Source: Edaphobacter sp.
GTDB lineage: Bacteria; Acidobacteriota; Terriglobia; Terriglobales; Acidobacteriaceae
Assembly (NCBI RefSeq): GCF_028283685.1
Contig: NZ_JAPWKF010000006.1
Coordinates: 85,729 to 109,728, forward strand
DNA length: 24,000 nucleotides
Reading direction: 5' to 3'
Shown here: positions 19,794 to 24,000 of the stretch, piece after piece
How positions within the stretch are numbered: position 1 is the stretch's first letter
How the letters are laid out: every line of letters starts with the position of its first letter
The notes under the pieces: generated by a model
Told to the model about the DNA's origin: nothing
What the model saw: only the letters and a program-made list of their open reading frames with translations
Database searches by the model: none
Translations under genes and position numbers: made by a program

Positions 19794-21255
19794 GTGATGA
19801 CTCCGGCAGACTCAGGTGCGCCCACCCCGGCCGCCACCCCTATCAACGACACCATCGTCGCCATCTCCACCCCGGCTGGACGTGGCGGCATCGGCATCGT
19901 CCGCCTCTCCGGCGCCCTCGCACGCTCCATCGCGGAGTCTCTCGTGCGCCTGCGCCATCCCCTCGCGCCCGCCCGCGCCCGCCTTGCCCTGGTCGTCGAT
20001 GATCATCAGGCCATCCTCGACGAAGCCGTCGTCACCCTCTTCGCCGCGCCGCACTCCTACACCTCTGAAGATGTCGTCGAGATCGCCGCGCACGGCTCGC
20101 CCATCGTGCTCGCCCTGCTCGTCCGCCGTGCCATCGCCGCCGGGGCACGCCTCGCCGAGCCCGGCGAGTTCACCCAGCGCGCCTTCCTCTCCGGCCGCCT
20201 CGACCTCACCCAGGCCGAGGCCGTGCGCGACCTCATCGATGCCTCCACCCTCAACCAGGCACGCGTCGCCGCCCGCCAGCTGGGCGGAGCGCTCTCCCGC
20301 GAGATCGCCCCCGTCAAGCACCAGCTCGTCACGCTCATCGCCGCACTCGAGGCCGGCGTCGACTTCGCCGAAGACGACATCGACACCATGCCGTCCGACG
20401 AGATCGTCGCTCGCATCGCCGCCATCGAAGCCCCGCTCCGCCAGCTCCAACGCGGCTTCGACTACGGACGCATCCTGCACGACGGCCTGCGCCTCGCCAT
20501 CGTCGGCCGACCCAACGCCGGCAAGTCGTCGCTCTTCAACCGCCTCGTCGAACGCGACCGCGCCATCGTCACCGCCACGCCCGGCACCACCCGCGACCTC
20601 GTCACGGAGCGTGTCGCGGTGGAGGGCATCCCCATCGAGCTGATCGACACAGCAGGCCTGCGCGAAGCCACCGACGAGGCCGAGAGCCTCGGCATCGCCA
20701 AATCCCGCGAGGCCATGGCCGAAGCCGACCTCGTCCTCATCGTCCTCGACGCCTCCCAGCCCATGCACGCGGAAGACGCCGCCACCCTCTCCGCCCTCGA
20801 AGGCCGCCCCGCCCTCATCGCAGCCAACAAGATCGACCTCGCCGCCGCGACGGGAAGCACCACCACAAGCGCCAGGGCAACGGGCGTCGCGACAAGCGCC
20901 AGGGAGACGATCGGCACAACCATCGCCACAACCACCGCCACCCGCACGGTACAAACCTCGGCCATCACCGGTGAAGGCATCGCCCAACTACGCCGCGCCA
21001 TCGTGGAGACCGCCGGAGCAACCGCCGCCGAGCAGGAGACCGCGCTCGTCACCAACCTGCGCCAGCGCCAGACCATCCTCACGGCCCTCACCGCCCTGGA
21101 GCGCGCCACCACCGCCGCAGCCGCTGCCATCCCCCACGAGATGCTGCTGATCGACCTCTACGACACCCTCTCCTCGCTCGACGCCCTCACCGGAGCCACC
21201 ACCGCCGACGACATTCTCCACCTCATCTTCTCCACCTTCTGCATTCGGCAAATAG
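19794..21255 (+). CDS. mnmE: tRNA modification GTPase MnmE; as sequenced, a 1-nt insertion inside the terminal C-I-G-K codons breaks the frame
   Basis: N-domain TIVAISTPAGRGGIGIVRLSG; G1 GRPNAGKSSLFN, G3 DTAGLRE, G4 NKIDL, G5 SAITGEGI. The tail DDILHLIFSTFCI is followed by att-cgg-caa-ata. Removing one T/C at 21244-21246 restores TGC ATC GGC AAA TAG (CIGK stop), ending at 21255. The track ORF instead runs to 21536. The start could be GTG 19794 or ATG 19797. Confidence 0.85.
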
Positions 21256-21256
21256 A

Positions 21257-21277
21257 ACTGCGTCCGGCAGTGCTTTT
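21257..21277 (+). terminator. Weak candidate terminator directly after the restored mnmE stop
   Basis: ACTGC-GTCCG-GCAGT (5-bp stem) followed by GCTTTTGG. The stem is short, so confidence is low. Confidence 0.3.
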
Positions 21278-21509
21278 GGATCGAGCGCGCAACACCCTGA
21301 CCGCGAGTTGTAACTCCTGCTCGAATGGCCGTATCTGCATCTCCAGCGAAAGTTACGGCGTGCGGTCGGCGCTTTTTAAGTGGTCAGACCACAATTTGGA
21401 ACAGGGTGACCACTTCGCTCTCTCCGGGCAGAATATCTGCAACATATTGATACATAAGACGGAACGATGGGTACCCTCCGGCGAGTCGCCTTTGTCATCA
21501 TCTGTTCGC

Positions 21510-21538
21510 TTGACAGCAGGTGTCGACATTCCTTAAAA
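21510..21538 (+). promoter_or_regulatory. Candidate sigma70-type promoter for the third TBDR gene
   Basis: A perfect TTGACA (21510-21515), a 17-nt spacer, then TTAAAA (21533-21538). The -10 element is weak. Confidence 0.3.
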
Positions 21539-21553
21539 CGGGGGGCCGCAAAA

Positions 21554-21610
21554 AACACCTCGTTAGCGGTAACGGGATGGAACGAGAACACAACGAGGTG
21601 TTGCAACACC
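21554..21610 (+). promoter_or_regulatory. Structured 5' leader with an 11-bp helix competing with a 14-bp palindrome just upstream of the RBS
   Basis: AACACCTCGTT (21554-21564) pairs perfectly with AACGAGGTGTT (21592-21602). GGTGTTGCAACACC (21597-21610) is a perfect palindrome that shares GGTGTT with that 3' arm. GGAGG follows at 21615-19 and GTG at 21626. Confidence 0.4.
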
Positions 21611-21625
21611 CTTTGGAGGCAAAGA

Positions 21626-24000
21626 GTGACTTATAGAAAGTTTCCCATCTTCGCGATGCTTGCATGCGTGTGTGTTTTGTTCTTCGCCGTTATTAACGCG
21701 CGAGCTCAGGACACGTCATCTCTTACCGGTACAGTGACAGACTCGTCGGGCGCAGTCGTGCCCAAGGCCAACATCACACTCAGCAACAACGCCACCCGTT
21801 CGGAACTGCACATCACCTCCGACAACGGCGGCAATTTCAACATCACCAACCTCCCCACCGGCAGCTACAACATGCGCGTCGAGGCGCAGGGCTTCCAGTC
21901 GACCACACTCAACGATGTGCGCGTCGATCCCAACATCGGTCGCCGCGTCGACGTCAACATGAAGGTCGGTGAGTCCACCGAGTCCATCACCGTCGAAGCC
22001 AACGTCAACACCGTGCAGACCGAGAGCGGTTCGGTCGGCCAGCTCATCACCCAGGAGCAGGTCAAGAACATCCAGCTCAACGGCCGTAACCCGATCTACC
22101 TCTCGCAGCTCGAGCCCGGCGTCGTTCGCAGCAACTCGATGGCATCCTTCTCCTTCGGCCTCGACAACGGCATCAACGTCAACGGCGCCCGTTCGCAGGA
22201 GAGCCTGATCACCTTCGACGGCGTGCCCATGGTGCGTACGCGTTCCAACGGCACCAGCACCGGCGTCGCCGACGTCGACTCCACCTCGCAGATCCAGGTC
22301 CTCACCACCAGCTATCCGGCAGAGTACGGTCGCACCTCCGGCGGTCAGATCCGCATGGTTCCCAAGAGCGGCACCAGCGATCTCCACGGCAGCGCCTTCG
22401 AGTACTTCCGCAACACCGCCCTCAACGCCAACACCTGGCAGCGCAACTTCAACGGGCAGGAACGTCAGGCCTTCCGCTTCAACCAGTTCGGCTGGAACCT
22501 CAATGGCCCCGTCTTCATCCCCGGCCACTTCAACAGGAACCGCGACAAGCTCTTCTTCCTCGTCGGCCAGGAGTGGATCAAGTACGTCCACGACGACCTG
22601 TCGCAGCAGAAGGCTCCGACCGCGCTGATGCGTCAGGGCAACTTCAGCGAGCTGCTCGGCCCCAACATCTTCTACAACCACCCCGTGCAGATTGTGAACC
22701 CCACCACCGGCGTTCCCTATGCCAACAACATCATTCCTGCTTCGCAGCTCAGCGCCAACGGTATCGGCCTGCTCAACGCCTATCCGCTCCCCAATGCGCC
22801 CAACAATCCCAGCAACAACTGGATCGATTCTGCTCCGTACACGGAATCGCAGCGCAAGGACTCCGTAACCGTTGACTTTGTGCCCACCGATAAGCATCAC
22901 ATTCGGTTCGCCATGCTGAACTACAACTACAACAGCGTCAGCCCGCACTATGGCAACTTCAACCGTACGCCGCAGGTCTGGTCTCGCCCCAACCAGATCG
23001 GTGTCGTGCACTGGACCTGGACGATCAGCCCCACGATGGTCAACGACGCCTATGTCTCCGCCGCTGCCGATCACGTCACCATCGGCATCGATACCTCGTC
23101 GGGCCTGTATAACCGCACCAACTACGGCATCAACTATCCCTACCTGTACGACGGTGCGGATAAGGTGTTGCCCGATAAGATCCCAACCATCCAGATCGCC
23201 AACTTCAGCACGCTCGACGGCGGACCTTATCCCTCGCACTCCGGCGGTATCGTCTATGACGTCGGCGACAGCATCACCAAGGTCTGGGGCAACCACACCC
23301 TCAAGATCGGCGGCCTGTGGGAGTACGCTGGCGAAAACAACTTCGACCAGATCAACGTCTCCAGCACCATTCCCGGATCGACCAACAACCAGAACGGCTT
23401 CTTCGTCTTCTCCGACGCTCGCGGCGGAAGCACGGCAGCACCCGTTCCCACCACCAACGTCGCCGTCGCCAATGCGGCAGCCGGCCTCTTCGATACCTAC
23501 GCCGAGATCGGCACACGCTCCTACACCCTCTTCCGCAGCAACATGTTTGAAGGCTTCGCGCAGGACCAGTGGCGCGTAAACTCCAAGCTCGTTCTCGAGT
23601 ACGGCGCACGCTACAGCGTCAACACGCCCTACTTCGCCAAGTGGGGCAACCAGTCGTTCTTCAACCCGACCTACTACAACTCCGCCGCGGCGCCTACGGT
23701 CGATCCCAATACCGGCTTCGTCACCGGCGGCACGCAGCTCAACGGCGTTGTGATCCCCGGCAACGGCTTCCCCAGCTCGGCCCAGGGACATGTTCCTGCC
23801 GCCATCCTGTCCAACGGATACGCCTCCAACTTCCACGACCTGCCCCGTGGCTACCATCCCACCATCTGGACCGATATCCAGCCGCGCTTTGGCTTCTCCT
23901 ATCAGGTGCAGCCGGGCATGGTCATCCGTGGCGGTGGCGGTCGTTACGTGCAGCGCCTCGGCATCAGCGACAACGTGCAGGTCGGCGGCAACGCGCCCTT
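21626..24000 (+). CDS. TonB-dependent receptor-like protein with CarboxypepD_reg domain (3'-truncated by window edge; absent from the ORF track)
   Basis: I hand-translated from GTG 21626 (GGAGG 6 nt upstream) to base 24000 and found no stop. The product begins (M)TYRKFPIFAMLACVCVLFFAVINARAQDTSSLTGTVTDSSGAVVPKANITLSNNATRSELHITSDNGGNFNITNLPTGSYNMRVEAQGFQ. It continues ...QIQVLTTSYPAEYGRTSGGQIRMVPKSGTSDLHGSAFEYFRN... and is collinear with the CDS at 9329-12592. Confidence 0.87.
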   Translation, partial: MTYRKFPIFAMLACVCVLFFAVINARAQDTSSLTGTVTDSSGAVVPKANITLSNNATRSELHITSDNGGNFNITNLPTGSYNMRVEAQGFQSTTLNDVRVDPNIGRRVDVNMKVGESTESITVEANVNTVQTESGSVGQLITQEQVKNIQLNGRNPIYLSQLEPGVVRSNSMASFSFGLDNGINVNGARSQESLITFDGVPMVRTRSNGTSTGVADVDSTSQIQVLTTSYPAEYGRTSGGQIRMVPKSGTSDLHGSAFEYFRNTALNANTWQRNFNGQERQAFRFNQFGWNLNGPVFIPGHFNRNRDKLFFLVGQEWIKYVHDDLSQQKAPTALMRQGNFSELLGPNIFYNHPVQIVNPTTGVPYANNIIPASQLSANGIGLLNAYPLPNAPNNPSNNWIDSAPYTESQRKDSVTVDFVPTDKHHIRFAMLNYNYNSVSPHYGNFNRTPQVWSRPNQIGVVHWTWTISPTMVNDAYVSAAADHVTIGIDTSSGLYNRTNYGINYPYLYDGADKVLPDKIPTIQIANFSTLDGGPYPSHSGGIVYDVGDSITKVWGNHTLKIGGLWEYAGENNFDQINVSSTIPGSTNNQNGFFVFSDARGGSTAAPVPTTNVAVANAAAGLFDTYAEIGTRSYTLFRSNMFEGFAQDQWRVNSKLVLEYGARYSVNTPYFAKWGNQSFFNPTYYNSAAAPTVDPNTGFVTGGTQLNGVVIPGNGFPSSAQGHVPAAILSNGYASNFHDLPRGYHPTIWTDIQPRFGFSYQVQPGMVIRGGGGRYVQRLGISDNVQVGGNAP

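Noticed and set aside
21443-21461. Fur-box-like AT-rich 19-mer CATATTGATACATAAGACG upstream of a TBDR gene
   Set aside because: It matches only about 10 of 19 positions of the classical GATAATGATAATCATTATC consensus and lacks dyad symmetry, so it is too weak to call.
21256-21536. The C-terminal 94-residue extension of MnmE as a genuine extra domain
   Set aside because: It arises only because of a 1-nt insertion inside the CIGK codons. The exact GGC AAA TAG sits one base out of frame. Codon usage in the extension is atypically AT3-rich, and a hairpin plus T-run follows the restored stop.
21716-23857. 713-aa minus-strand ORF from the track
   Set aside because: It is antisense to a clearly homologous TBDR frame. 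Its Gly/Val/Asp/Ala-rich product has no recognisable motifs, which is typical of a GC-rich shadow ORF.

Overview
High-GC (roughly 60-65% by eye) chromosomal window that looks like an Acidobacteriota (Acidobacteriaceae-like) genome. All homology calls below come from reading the translations against remembered family signatures; no searches were run.

Gene content, left to right:
- Two tandem ADOP-type duplicated FtsX/MacB permease genes on the + strand; the first is cut by the window edge.
- A convergent padR-ADOP operon on the - strand.
- obg, followed by an unlisted 36-codon Cys/His-rich ORF and a strong terminator.
- Two tandem CarboxypepD_reg-type TonB-dependent receptor (TBDR) genes; the second is frame-broken.
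- A 636-aa protein with a TonB C-terminal domain and an unusually long cytoplasmic N-terminus.
- A secreted GH105/GH88-type hydrolase.
- mnmE, whose terminal CIGK motif is broken by a 1-nt insertion.
- A third TBDR gene that runs off the 3' edge. It is missing from the supplied ORF track, which shows only its antisense shadow ORF.

I recognised no rRNA, tRNA, CRISPR array, transposase or integrase.

Most interesting observations:
1. The hidden metallothionein-like mini-ORF, which is in frame with obg across a single TAG.
2. Two single-base frame breaks, in a TBDR paralogue and in mnmE. Either could be a real lesion or an assembly indel.
3. The atypical TonB-like protein.
4. The ATPase-less PadR/ADOP cluster.
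5. Several structured repeat elements in intergenic spacers.

Most long ORFs on the opposite strand of these genes are GC-driven shadows.
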